From the NCBI RefSeq assembly GCF_001194135.2, contig NC_068981.1, positions 179,468,363 to 179,532,362 on the forward strand: DNA of 64,000 nucleotides, read 5' to 3'. Positions 23,921-36,730 of this stretch are shown in pieces; position 1 is the stretch's first letter; every line of letters begins with the position of its first letter. The DNA is from Octopus bimaculoides (lineage: Eukaryota). The position numbers and the translations under genes are program-made. The notes under the pieces were generated by a model, which was not told the DNA's origin, searched no databases, and was given only the letters and a program-made list of their open reading frames with translations.

Positions 23921-25569
23921 AACGCTTCATTCAATGGGAGAACTCAAGCTTAAATTTGGAACACTTCCGATGTTGAGCCATGAACGCGCTGTAAAAGAGT
24001 ACGATACATGACGACGATAGTTAGTTTGACACCATTTCTTAACATCTATCCATTTCTCTGATGCGTGAGGTATGGAAGTCTAGTCAACCACGATTGGATT
24101 TGGATGTCGTGGGATATAAAGATGAGAACGATAATTATGTTCCCAGTCTTCCTGTCAGACACTATCAAAAGAACAAAAAACACACATCGACGCCAAATAC
24201 ACACCAGTAAGAGAGGGCTATATAGAAGTTACTTAGGAACAATTTAGCACGTTATTACACAGTTTATATATGTGTGTGTGTGTATGTACACATATACAGA
24301 TAGATATATTATATATANNNNNNNNNNNNNNNNNNNNNNNNNNNNNNNNNNNNNNNNNNNNNNNNNNNNNNNNNNNNNNNNNNNNNNNNNNNNNNNNNNN
24401 NNNNNNNNNNNNNNNNNNNNNNNNNNNNNNNNNNNNNNNNNNNNNNNNNNNNNNNNNNNNNNNNNNNNNNNNNNNNNNNNNNNNNNNNNNNNNNNNNNNN
24501 NNNNNNNNNNNNNNNNNNNNNNNNNNNNNNNNNNNNNNNNNNNNNNNNNNNNNNNNNNNNNNNNNNNNNNNNNNNNNNNNNNNNNNNNNNNNNNNNNNNN
24601 NNNNNNNNNNNNNNNNNNNNNNNNNNNNNNNNNNNNNNNNNNNNNNNNNNNNNNNNNNNNNNNNNNNNNNNNNNNNNNNNNNNNNNNNNNNNNNNNNNNN
24701 NNNNNNNNNNNNNNNNNNNNNNNNNNNNNNNNNNNNNNNNNNNNNNNNNNNNNNNNNNNNNNNNNNNNNNNNNNNNNNNNNNNNNNNNNNNNNNNNNNNN
24801 NNNNNNNNNNNNNNNNNNNNNNNNNNNNNNNNNNNNNNNNNNNNNNNNNNNNNNNNNNNNNNNNNNNNNNNNNNNNNNNNNNNNNNNNNNNNNNNNNNNN
24901 NNNNNNNNNNNNNNNNNNNNNNNNNNNNNNNNNNNNNNNNNNNNNNAGATGTAGATGTGTGTGTGTGCGTGTGTGCAGCAGAGAGATGCATGCCAAAATT
25001 CATGCTACCACTAATAAAAATCATGCAAATATGAAATATCGATGGAATGCATAAGAACATTGCAAACTGTCAAAGACAATGGCAAAGCAACTGGGCAGCG
25101 AGAAAAACAATTCACACTGTCAGTAATATTCAAGAAAAATCAATTCCACTAGACAGCGAAAAAATAATCAAAAATACATTGTAAATATGAAAATCTAGAA
25201 ACTGAGAGAACGACAAAGCGAGGAAAGAAAATGGAAAAGATTGTCTTAATAATAGCCTCTTTGAAAATATTATATTAAAATTAACCGACAAATGCATATA
25301 TGAAGCCCCTGTCCTTCCATTTATTCGAGATCCACGCTGCACACATATAACGCTGCTTAATTGCAATAACATATAACGAAGAAATTTCATTAAGACAGCA
25401 TCAGACATCTCATGTTACCAAATACTACAAAATTGCGCTTGTTCAGTAAGAGAACTCAAAACATTTAAGACAACTCAAATAATAGAAACTATTTTTGTTA
25501 TGACAAGAAGGATGTGAAAGATAATAAAGATAATAAAGACGATAACATCCACAGTAATGTTATTAATAA

Positions 25570-26233
25570 TGGTTTCAAACTTCAGCACAAGGCCAGCAAT
25601 TTTTCGGGTTAAGTCAATAAATCGGCCCAGTGCTCGACTGGTACATATTTTATCGACACCAAGAGGATGAAAGGCAAAGTCAACCCCCAACGGAGTTTGA
25701 ACCTAGAACGTAAAGACGGACAAAATGCCGCTAAGCATTTTTCCCGTCATGCTAATAGTTCTGACAGATCGCTGCCTTAGTAATAATAATAATAATCCTT
25801 TCTATTATAGGTACAAGGCCTTAAATTTATTGGTGGGGTAAGTCTATCACATCGACCTCAGTACTTGACTGGTACTTAATTTATCGACCCCGAAGCACGA
25901 AAGGCAAAGTCGACCTCAGTGGAATTTGAACTCAGAACGTAAAGACGGGCAAAATACCACTAAGCATTTTGCCTGGTATGCTAATGATTCTTCCAGCTCA
26001 CCGCCTTAATAATGATGATAATAATCCTTCCTACTATAGGCACAAGGCTTGGATTTGGGGGGCGGAGGGGTAGAGTCGATCACATCGACCTCAGTACTCA
26101 ACGGGTACTTAATTTATCAACCCCGAAAAAAGAAGAAAGGCGTATTCGACCTCGGCGGAGTTTGAACTCAGAGTGTAGCGGCAGACGAAGCATTTCGCCC
26201 AGCGTGCTAACGATTCTGCCAGCTAGCCGTCTT
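25570..26233 (-). mobile_element. Three head-to-tail SINE family 1 copies
   Basis: About 25570-25778, 25797-26007 and 26026-26233; each has atcgaccc..gaaaggcaaagtc..gaactcagaacg..gctaagcatt, separated by (AAT)n. Confidence 0.9.
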
Positions 26234-26411
26234 AGTAATGATAATAACGATCATTCTACTGGGAAATAAGATAAATCGTAGCAGAAAAATCAATATAAAA
26301 TAGGTAAATGAAAAAATGGATTAATGACCTTAATAGAATATGATAAAGCAAAAACAAGATGCAAACAACATTATGCATAAGTATTTGGTAATAATAATCG
26401 TTATGTCCTAC

Positions 26412-26561
26412 CTGAAAGCATTTATCAAGTTCTGAATGTTTCGCAGAATCGTTAAGTAAACAGCAGTCATGTTGTCCATTATTAAACGATAGATATGTGA
26501 TTTCGTTGGCAGTCGAGTTAAACAGATTCGTTTCTGAATAGTGATTTAGCTGCGATGGCAT
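26412..26561 (-). CDS. Candidate alternative N-terminal coding exon 2 of the receptor
   Basis: ATG at 26561 follows an in-frame TAA 8 codons upstream. Translates MPSQLNHYSETNLFNSTANEITYLSFNNGQHDCCLLNDSAKHSELDKCFQ. Donor CAG|gtagga at 26411, phase 0, compatible with the 10050 exon. Confidence 0.45.
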
Positions 26562-29196
26562 CGCTTCAAAACCTTTGAATGGTAGTTATCATGAGTGGAG
26601 GAGGATGTGAACGTTTAAATGAACCTACGTCGGACAATATGTCCGAAGAAAGTAAACGAGGCAGAAAGCATTTCATCTATGCCTGTTTGTGATAATACTA
26701 TAGTCACATTTAAAAGGTTTCTATAAATTCAACAGCTGACAATCATGCTGACATCAAAACATAGCCACCCAAACACAGCGTGCTACTATCTAGTCATTAT
26801 CAATATAAACCTTAACCTCTGTGACGCGAGTATTCAAGTAAATCTGAATGTATTATAAATACTCACACATATGCGTATATAAGTGTGTGCTAATATTTGT
26901 GTATACATATGTTTCTGTATAAATAGAACCATGTCATACATACATATGTCTGTAACTATCTATAGAACGTTAGTGTAGTTGGTTAAAGGGGAGTCTTTAC
27001 ATCTTCCTATAAAATAAATTACTTGATTAGTAAATTTTAGAAAATTGACAAACATTCTGAATAAACTTTTGCGGATTTGACGATTTTGTGTGCATATATT
27101 TGGACTACTTTCTCGCTCCTACATTATATTTATTTATGTATTTATTTAATTTGAAAAAAAAAATAATCTAATCATCTGTACAGAATACTGAGGAACAATA
27201 ATACAATCGACGAAAGTAAATTCAACCATGACATTTCTTAGATTTCGCTGTGCTTGCTATATTTATGTTAAACTTATTTTCTCTTTTATCGAATTCAACC
27301 TGCAAATTATATCACTTGTTAAACAGAAGGCCATTAATTATCAATGAGGATTTTTAAAGGACGTTTTTAACAAACAGACTATAATTAGTAAATAACATGA
27401 AATAAAATTAATCGCACATACATAACTTATAACTCAAATAAACACATACTATTAGATTTTGAGGGAAGTGGGTATTGCAACTATATAGCATTATATAAAT
27501 TTCCTGTATGGACAATGTGTTGTTGAGGTATTGCTTAATCCCCAATTCAGGATGATCCAGCGGACCTATAATCACTGGGGTCAATGTAATCGACTAATCT
27601 CCTGCAGCGAAATTGTTGACCTTGTACTAAAATTTGAAATCTATATTAATAATAATAATGTTAATAGCCTATATTAATAATAATAAAATCTATATTAATA
27701 ATAATGTTAATAGCCTAAAGTATTGTGATAATTATGAAGATCTTTGATAATATTAATATACATTATTACGGGGAACAAAGACCCTGGTCATTTGATTTAG
27801 TACGGAATGAGTAAAGCGCGGCTCAAGCGTCTACATTGTGGATTATAGGAAGAGGAAATTATATGTAACGCATTGTTAACTAGGAGTAATATTGGCTTTG
27901 TTTTGAACTAAACGCAGAGGCCCTATCGTTTGTGATAGCAGAAATGGAATTTGGCAACTTTCATAACATCTAAGTAAACACTAACTGTGTAAGTGAAGTG
28001 TAATGTCTTCAACCAGATTCCGAAATTATATTTTCAAATATTAAAACATTAAATATACTATATATCCTTTCATTAGGACGAACTGAAAGAGAACAGATTA
28101 ACATCATAGTAAACAAACTAGTCTCGCGCCCTTTTATGTATCTGCTTTCATGTTAGAATTATTCCTTTTTGAGCTTCATACCGTCACAAGAATTGTATCT
28201 GCTGACTGATCTGTATGCCTATGGCTGATTCTCCTTTCATCTCAGTATCTGTGTCATTATAACACTTGCATTTTTTCTTCCTGTCTCTATGTCTGTATGA
28301 TTATGTGTGAACAGGCAATACAAACAGAGTAGATATCTACGTCAGACTATTAACTAAAGGCAATGTACTTTTGCCACAGTAAAGATATCAGCTTTTATCA
28401 GTACTGTGAACGTTATCAATGAATGTTCCTTTTAATGACACCATGGTACTCGTTTCGCTATTGCTACTGCAGATGTCATCATTGAATGAGTTAATACCTG
28501 AATGAATATAACAATCTACTTACGAGTTTCTCATCTAACACCTACTGATAAATCATCTGATTAGCGCAATTCAATGATATTAATTACATCTTAATCTTAT
28601 GTTATCTCACACCTTATCAACCCCATCTCATTTCATTTCGTTGCTAACCCTCTCAGTTTCATATCATAATCAATTACTTCATTCCTTTTCTCTAAGTTAC
28701 TCCATTACATTGTTTTCTCAAACTGTTCTACATCTAATTCTCTAAATCTTTTTTATTCTGTCTATCTTTCTGTATTTCTCAATCTCTCTTTCCTTTAATT
28801 GTTCTGTTCCCTCGACTTCGTCTCTATATGACATTTTCAAGATTTTGTTATTCCTCTTTACGTTGTAGAATATTATACATTTATCTATTTCAAACTCTAT
28901 TTCAAATCCATCTGCCTCCCACTTTATCTTCTACTCATGATTTATGTCTCATGTAAGAAATTATGTCTTTTCATATCGTTTGATCAATCTTATCAATTGT
29001 TTATCACTCCTTATCTCGTTCTCTCAAGATTTCACTTTCTCACTTCTTGCAAACGAAGCAAAATTTTAGTCAAACACTTAATAATTCTTATACCGTCTCA
29101 TTTAACTGACCATCCACCGTTGATAGTAATATAAGAAAAGAAACTAAAAATTTAGTTTATAGTATACAACATTTATACATACATACGTACATACAT

Positions 29197-30745
29197 AAAC
29201 GTATCATATGAAAACGTATCATATGAAGGTACCTGTAACAAGGAACGTGTTACTAAGGAATACAGAAATCGGGTTAGGAAAATAAGGACCTCGGAACTCT
29301 CTGCGTTCAATAAAGCAATAGCCCACAATGTGTTTGCAGTACCAGTACTCATACCGACATTCGGGATACTTGACTGGACGATCGATGAAATCCGAGCCCT
29401 TGATGTGAAGACCCGAAAAATACTAACGAGCACGAACAACTTTCACATCAATAGCGATATAGACCGCCTATACCTGAAACGAGATAAAGGAGGGAGGGGC
29501 CTAACATCAATTCAGACTGCCTTTGAATGCCGTGTCATATCTCTTCGACATCATCTCATAACCACCAAGTGTCGAAGTGCACCCNNNNNNNNNNNNNNNN
29601 NNNNNNNNNNNNNNNNNNNNNNNNNNNNNNNNNNNNNNNNNNNNNNNNNNNNNNNNNNNNNNNNNNNNNNNNNNNNNNNNNNNNNNNNNNNNNNNNNNNN
29701 NNNNNNNNNNNNNNNNNNNNNNNNNNNNNNNNNNNNNNNNNNNNNNNNNNNNNNNNNNNNNNNNNNNNNNNNNNNNNNNNNNNNNNNNNNNNNNNNNNNN
29801 NNNNNNNNNNNNNNNNNNNNNNNNNNNNNNNNNNNNNNNNNNNNNNNNNNNNNNNNNNNNNNNNNNNNNNNNNNNNNNNNNNNNNNNNNNNNNNNNNNNN
29901 NNNNNNNNNNNNNNNNNNNNNNNNNNNNNNNNNNNNNNNNNNNNNNNNNNNNNNNNNNNNNNNNNNNNNNNNNNNNNNNNNNNNNNNNNNNNNNNNNNNN
30001 NNNNNNNNNNNNNNNNNNNNNNNNNNNNNNNNNNNNNNNNNNNNNNNNNNNNNNNNNNNNNNNNNNNNNNNNNNNNNNNNNNNNNNNNNNNNNNNNNNNN
30101 NNNNNNNNNNNNNNNNNNNNNNNNNNNNNNNNNNNNNNNNNNNNNNNNNNNNNNNNNNNNNNNNNNNNNNNNNNNNNNNNNNNNNNNNNNNNNNNNNNNN
30201 NNNNNNNNNNNNNNNNNNNNNNNNNNNNNNNNNNNNNNNNNNNNNNNNNNNNNNNNNNNNNNNNNNNNNNNNNNNNNNNNNNNNNNNNNNNNNNNNNNNN
30301 NNNNNNNNNNNNNNNNNNNNNNNNNNNNNNNNNNNNNNNNNNNNNNNNNNNNNNNNNNNNNNNNNNNNNNNNNNNNNGGGGCATTGGGATATGTAACGAA
30401 CTGCCTCAACAAAAACCTGGAAAACTTAGGGTTCTCAAAACCTGAAAGAAAAAGGCTGATTAGAAGACTACAGATTCAAGCCATCAATGGAACTGTTAAG
30501 ATATGTAAAACTTTCCAAAAACTTAGCACATAAATACATATGCATGCATCTAGACATAAAAACGCATCCATAAAACAAACATACAAATCTGCGCATACAC
30601 TAACACCAAATACTGCACACACACACATATGCACAAATACCTAGATGATGTTGATAAAAGTTCCAATGAAGGAGCCTTGAATCTATGTTAGAGTCCAGCT
30701 CTTTCTCTATGGACAAGAAATACAGAAATGAAACTGATTGATAAC
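29197..30745 (+). mobile_element. 5'-truncated R4/Dong-clade non-LTR retrotransposon (RT thumb region to RLE C-terminus; middle lies in a gap)
   Basis: Translates KERVTKEYRNRVRKIRTSELSAFNKAIAHNVFAVPVLIPTFGILDWTIDEIRALDVKTRK...DIDRLYLKRDKGGRGL, then after the gap GALGYVTNCLNKNLENLGFSKPERKRLIRRLQIQAINGTVKICKTF with TAA ending at 30533. About 210 nt of 3' UTR; 19-bp direct repeats at 29175-29193 and 30746-30764. Confidence 0.85.
29585..30377. other. Assembly gap. Others: 9341-9688, 12193-12755, 18319-18473, 23834-23845, 24318-24947, 32643-32701, 34050-34059, 43407-43701, 52031-52145, 62165-62173
   Basis: Runs of N. Confidence 1.
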
Positions 30746-31018
30746 ATACATACATACGTACATATGCATATATGCATAGGTGGCTTAGATATTAGGATTT
30801 GGAAAATATGATTGTAAGATTTTGATTTCAATGTGAAATGAATTGTGTTCCTGAGCAAAGCTTTTCATTTCACATGGCTCAGTTCTCGAAAATGAGAAAT
30901 GAGTAGCGTCCCGTCCTGGATTGTGGAATAAATGTGACAGAATCCGGGAGACTGACCTTGTGAGTCCTACGGAGGACAGTTTATCATACATATATATATA
31001 TATATATATATATCTGTA

Positions 31019-31126
31019 AATATGTGACAATTATTCGGTAGCCATGATAAAACTCCGAGTTTCGGATGTCGGGACAGAAACCGTAACTCGGAGTTTTATC
31101 ATGGCTACCGAATATTGTCACATATT
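31019..31126. repeat. Near-perfect 42-43 bp inverted repeat (hairpin) beside a (TA)n tract
   Basis: aatatgtgacaattattcggtagccatgataaaactccgagtt (31019-31061) versus 31085-31126, differing by one indel; 23-nt spacer. Confidence 0.9.
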
Positions 31127-32756
31127 ATTTACAAAAACAAAATGGAAATAGTTTAACAACATTTAAATGGACTCTTTGTATTTCAAGCAGACAGGTCCCT
31201 CGTCACAGATAAGCAGCATGGTCACAGTTTGAATATCTCTGATCATAAGCTTCATGGAAGAGTTGAATGGCATCTTGGGGCGTCATAATAAGTTTGACAG
31301 GAAATTTTGTATCTGATCGTAAACTTGATCAATGATTTGAATGGAGATTTGGCCTTTTATCTTGAACCTCAAAACATTTTTGGCTACTATTTCAAACAGA
31401 CCCAGAAACCACATAGAGGTAACCCTCGTTTAGTTGCAGTGTTTTTACTGCTGTTATTACTATCGGTAGATAACAATGACTCAAGATATATTCTACATTA
31501 TTGTACCGGATATCAAAAGAAATAGAATTGTGATACGTATAATTCTACAGTTAGAGGCAATCGCATTTATACGTCTTTTCGCGCGCACGTTTGAGAGAAA
31601 GAGCGAGAAAGAGAGAGAGAGAGAAAGAGTGAGAGGGATAGAAAGAAAGATGGAGAGGATGGGGAGAGTGTGTATAATATTAAAGGCGTATGAGATTACT
31701 GGGTGGAAGTTCCTCAGATATCAAAATGGAAATGCGCCGGCACGCTTGCACACATACATACGCATACACATACATACGCTTGCACACATACATACGCATA
31801 CACATCACAAACATATACACATATGAACCTGGGCATGCACAGAACAGAGACTGTCGGACTCGCACTTCCTCATACAGATGCATCTCTTTATGCGCCGACA
31901 TAATTGTATATATGTTTGTATTCAGGAAGGAAACGAATAATCGATCTGAAGCAAGACAAGATTTTGGTGAAAGTAAATTATAATGCTAAACGTATGCCTA
32001 TGAATCCTATTTCTATACGCCATACTTCTTATGTAGTATCTATGCATTTTTTAAAATATTTATGAAATGATAACCACTTCATTTTCGAATACCTCTTTTT
32101 TAATATTCATTCTTTCTCTATGACACAGACTTGACGGCTGATCTCAGGTGAAGGTAAACATATAATATTTAATACCCTACTTGCTATCAGCAGCAATCAT
32201 ATGGCATAGGCAGTGAATTTCAAAGGGTTTTGCACTGAAAGATTTCCAGTTGAGGTTCACCGTCTTAACGTTTAAGGTCAGAATACAGAGAATCACACAG
32301 ACTGTTTCCCACAGCTCACTTGACGACAACTACTGCTAAACAGCTTACATACATATATAAGAGGATTATCCGAGAAAAGGGATTCCAACCTCATGATACT
32401 TGTTTTTTTTTCTATCATGATATTGGTTTTAACTTTCGTCTTAATACTAAGTATACACGGCAGTAAAAAAAAAATCTCTTGTGTCATAATAATTTTACTT
32501 CCTTTATCGACACAATTTCCATTCAGATTGAAGTCTATAAAGCATGAATATGCACTTGGTGATAGAAACGCATCTAAGTGGCATGAATGTTGAACATTCA
32601 GATGTATGCTATGTATCTGCAAGTCTATATATGCATACCTTTNNNNNNNNNNNNNNNNNNNNNNNNNNNNNNNNNNNNNNNNNNNNNNNNNNNNNNNNNN
32701 NTATATATATATATATATATATATCATATTATATATTATATTTTTGTATATTTTAC

Positions 32757-33148
32757 TCTTTACTTGTTTCAGTCATTTGACTGTGGTCATGCTGGAGCAC
32801 CGCCTTTAGTCGAGCAAATCGACCCCAGGACTTATTCTTTGTATTTATTATATCGGTTTCTTATGCTGAACCGTTAAGTTCCGGGTTGTAAACACACCAC
32901 CATCGGTTGTCAAGCAATGTTGCGAGAGGACAAACACAAACATACAAACATATACATACACATACATATATATATATGCATATATACGACGGGCTTCTTT
33001 CAGTTTCCGTCTACCAAATACACTCACAAGGCCTTGCTCGGCCCGAGACTACAGTAGAAGACACTTGCTCAAGGTGCCATGCAGCGGGACTGAACCCATA
33101 ACCATGTGGCTGGTAAGCAAGCTACTTATCCCCAGCCATTCCTGCGCC
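32757..33148 (-). mobile_element. SINE family 2 copy, full length
   Basis: Reverse complement of the 5936-6352 consensus. Confidence 0.9.
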
Positions 33149-33172
33149 TATATATTATATATATTTACACAG

Positions 33173-33235
<63 letters not shown>

Positions 33236-33777
33236 CACACACACATATATTTATATATATATATTATAATAGAAAGCCTCCAATTTCCAGAACTCAGAGT
33301 TACTCGTTTCCGATCATCGACTGGTTAACCAAGCCGGGTTTTCATTGAAATATACGTCCTAACTGAATATTGGGAAATATGAAATGTAAGTTTGAAGGAG
33401 ACGCTTATCTTTATGTCCTTGTATTTGAAAACCTATGTGAGCGACAAACGCGGAAACAGCTACGTCATATTCACTCTTTTGGTTTTCTTTTCTGGTTCTC
33501 ATTGGAATATTGCTATAAACGTCACGAAGTCCATCACAAATAGTGCGAACTTTGTATCTAAGAAAATTTGGGGATTTTGACTTAAGGTAGCAATGATTTG
33601 AACAAAAGAACTGATGAATGACCGCTTTGTATGCACGCGGCTAAGTATCTTTGAATTTCGTTCTGGTTCAGAGGAAAAAAAATATGGGTTCGAAAGGTTT
33701 TATTGGTATATGTTTTAATATGTGAGGGTGCGTGTCTATGTATGTATATGTTTATATATGCTTATGCTTGTATGTGT

Positions 33778-34230
33778 GGAGGCGCAATGGCCCAGTGGTT
33801 AGGGCAACGGACTCGCGATCATAGGATTGCGGTTTCGATTCCCAGACAGGACGGTGTGAGTGTTTCTTGAGGGAAAACACCTAAAAGCTCCACGAGGCTC
33901 CGGCAGGGGATGGTGGAGAACCCTGCTGTACTCTTTCACCACAACTTTCTCTCACTCTTACTTCCTGTTTCTGTTGTGCCTGTAATTTAAAGGGTCAGCC
34001 TTGTCACTCTGTGTCACGCTGAATATCCCCGAGAACTACGCGAAGGGTANNNNNNNNNNTTAAAGGGTCAGCCTTGTCACTCTGTGTCACGCTGAATATC
34101 CCCGAGAACTACGCGAAGGGTACACGTGTCTGTGGAGTGCTCAGCCACTTGCACGTTAATTTCACGAGCAGGCTGTTCCGTTGATCGGATCAACTGGAAC
34201 CCTCGACGTCGTAAGCGACGGAGTGCCAAC
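33778..34230 (+). mobile_element. SINE family 3 copy spanning a 10-N gap
   Basis: Matches the reverse complement of 5151-5526. Confidence 0.9.
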
Positions 34231-34602
34231 ATGCTTGTATATGTACATGAATATATAATTCTGTGTGTATATGTGAGCGTGTGTGTGTATGCGTCTGAAC
34301 AGGAGCATGCAAAAATGAACATCTAAATACTGACAAATTGTTTTAGTTTTTAAAAAGCATCACTTAAAGTATTATTTGAAACTATTTAAAATATTATTTT
34401 CAAACATTACTTGAAGCGCAATGCAGTTTAATGATATCGCTAAATTCCCACTTTCATCAGTTTTATGCTGTGCGATACGTGTTCAAATCCCAGTCGACTC
34501 TTTAGATTGATTTTATATATAAAAAGATACTGAACTCCCTCAGTTCTTGGTAGTAAATTTATCTAAAAATTCAACATTACTGGCGAGTAGGATATAGTAA
34601 GC

Positions 34603-34603
<1 letters not shown>

Positions 34604-34692
<89 letters not shown>
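34604..34692. repeat. (GA)n microsatellite
   Basis: Direct reading. Confidence 0.95.
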
Positions 34693-34696
<4 letters not shown>

Positions 34697-35468
34697 TAGA
34701 GAAACACAGAGAGATAAAGCGAGATATATGTCTATAAAGAGAGAGAGAGAAAGACTTGGTCATCTGGGATTGTTTTCCCTGCAATACTATCAAGTCTAAA
34801 CTGACGCTTTTTAACATCATTAATGCTATAGAAAAAAAATGAATGCCACGGTTTTTAATCCATAAGAAAGAAACATCCATGGTTGTTGTCCTTAGTTGAA
34901 GTAAAGGTGTGGATCTAGCGACGTGAGACTGATTTTCTGTTGAATTCATATCGCATATCCTACGCCAGTAATCATTACTAATCTTGAAATAGGCAGTAAA
35001 TTCCAAGTCTTATTTTTTGTCTTCGTGGTTGCGTGGCATTAGTTCACAGAAATAAACAAATGCTATTGATAAGATCTATAGAGAAATAATTAAAATGCTA
35101 GACAAGCTGTTGCGATTTCATTTTGTATCCGAAACCATTTGAATTCACTGTTGCTATTAGTTCGCTTGCATCATGCTTAAGTGCTAGAAACTACCGTTAC
35201 ATTTTCGTCCAAAAAAACAAAACCAAATTAATATTAATTAGAAATGAAATTGCTAGCATAATTATATAAAACAGTAATTTCTCTACAATTTGAGTGCAAC
35301 ATTCCCTCATACAGTGTTACAAGGTGCTTCAAATCTGAAACCATTTTCTGATCATCAATGATTCTTGTTAATCACGCGAGAAAAATGATTTAATTACATT
35401 TAGTTATCAAGGTAGATTAATCAGTACAAAGATTTATCTCTTATAGGTTCTCTACGTCAAGTAAAATA

Positions 35469-35683
35469 TTCTATTCTACTCTAGGCAAAAGGCCCGAAAT
35501 TTGGGGGGAGGGGACCACTCGATTAGATCGACCTCAGTATGCAACTGGTACTTAATATATCGACCGCGAAAGGATAAAAGGCAAAGTTGACCTCGACGGA
35601 ATTTGAACTCAGAACGTAAAGACAGACGAAATGCCGCTAAGCATTTCGCCCGCCGTTCTAAAGTTTCTGGCAGTTCGCCGTCT
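35469..35683 (-). mobile_element. SINE family 1 copy, inverted relative to 35918-36190
   Basis: gaaaggataaaaggcaaagttgacctcgacggaatttgaactcagaacgtaaagacagacgaaatgccgctaagcatttcgccc. Confidence 0.9.
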
Positions 35684-35877
35684 TACATCAAGTAAAATAT
35701 CGTTTGGGTTTTAATTGTGTGATAACATGTTTTCATCAACATCTCAACAATTTCACTTGTCTTAAAAAGGAGAAGCAATACGAAAGTTGACATCATAGTT
35801 ATAAAATCTACGGGTCGCACAAAGCCTTTGAGTAGATTTGGCAGACGGAAACTGAGAGAAGCCGATACTCTGCATGT

Positions 35878-36327
35878 AGGCGCAGGAGTAGCTGTGTGAT
35901 AAGAAGCTTGCTGGTAAGGCGGCGAGCTGGCAGAAACGTTAGCACGCCGGGCGAAATGCTTAGCGGTATTTCGTCTGCCGCTATGTTCTGAGTTCAAATT
36001 CCGCCGAGGTCGACTTTGCCTTTCATCCTTTCGGGGTCGATTAAATAAGTACCAGTTACGCACTGGGGTCGATATAATCGACTTAATCCGTTTGTCTGTC
36101 CTTGTTTGTCCCCTCTGTGTGTAGCCCCTTGTGGGCAGCCCCTTGTGGGCAGCCCCTTGTGGGCAGCCCCTTGTGGGCAGTAAAAAAATAAGAAGCTTCC
36201 TTCCCAACCACATAGCTTCGGGTTCCGTTCCACTGCGTGGCACCTTGTGCAGCTGTCTCCTGCTATACCTCAGGACCGACCAAATCCTTGTGAGTAGATT
36301 TGGTAGACGGAAACTGAAAGAAGTCTG

Positions 36328-36365
<38 letters not shown>

Positions 36366-36730
36366 GCATTTGTGTGTCTCTGTTTGTCCCCCACCATCGC
36401 TTGACAAACAATGTTGGTGTGTTTACGTCCCCGTAACTTAGCAGTTTGGTGAAACGGACCGATAGAATAAGTACTAGGCTTACAAAGGATAAGTGCTGGT
36501 GTCGATTTGTTTGATTAAAGGCGGTGCTCCAGCATGGCAGCAGTCAAATGACTGAAACAAGTAAAAGAATAAAAGAGTATATATAAATATGTGTGTGTGT
36601 GTGTGTGTCGGTGTTTGTCCCGCACCACCGCTTGACCATTGGTGTTGACGTATTTACGTCCCCGTAAACTAGTGGTTCGGCAAAAAAGACTGCCCCAGCA
36701 TGGCCACATTCTAGTGACTGAAACAAGTGA
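35878..36730 (+). mobile_element. SINE family 2 copy interrupted by a family 1 copy, with a partial second tail
   Basis: Head ggcgcagggagtagctgtgtgataagaagctt resumes at 36191 and runs to gactgaaacaagtaaaagaat at about 36570. Confidence 0.85.
35918..36190 (+). mobile_element. SINE family 1, near-complete copy nested in a family 2 SINE head
   Basis: ggcggcgagctggcagaaacgttagc...gagttcaaattcc (B-box-like)...cctttcggggtcga. Duplication ataagaagctt at 35899-35909 and 36188-36198. A 14-bp unit agccccttgtgggc is amplified about 4 times near the 3' end. Confidence 0.9.

Noticed and set aside
25570-26233. Regularly spaced repeats resembling a CRISPR array
   Set aside because: Units are SINEs of about 210 nt in a eukaryotic genome; no short repeat-spacer pattern and no cas genes.
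33778-33850. tRNA gene (also the heads at 5936, 16205, 35918 and 61603)
   Set aside because: These are tRNA-derived SINE heads continuing into SINE bodies, without a complete cloverleaf or acceptor stem.
33987-34122. Identical duplication of about 62 nt within a SINE
   Set aside because: The two copies sit on either side of a 10-N gap, the signature of unmerged overlapping contig ends.
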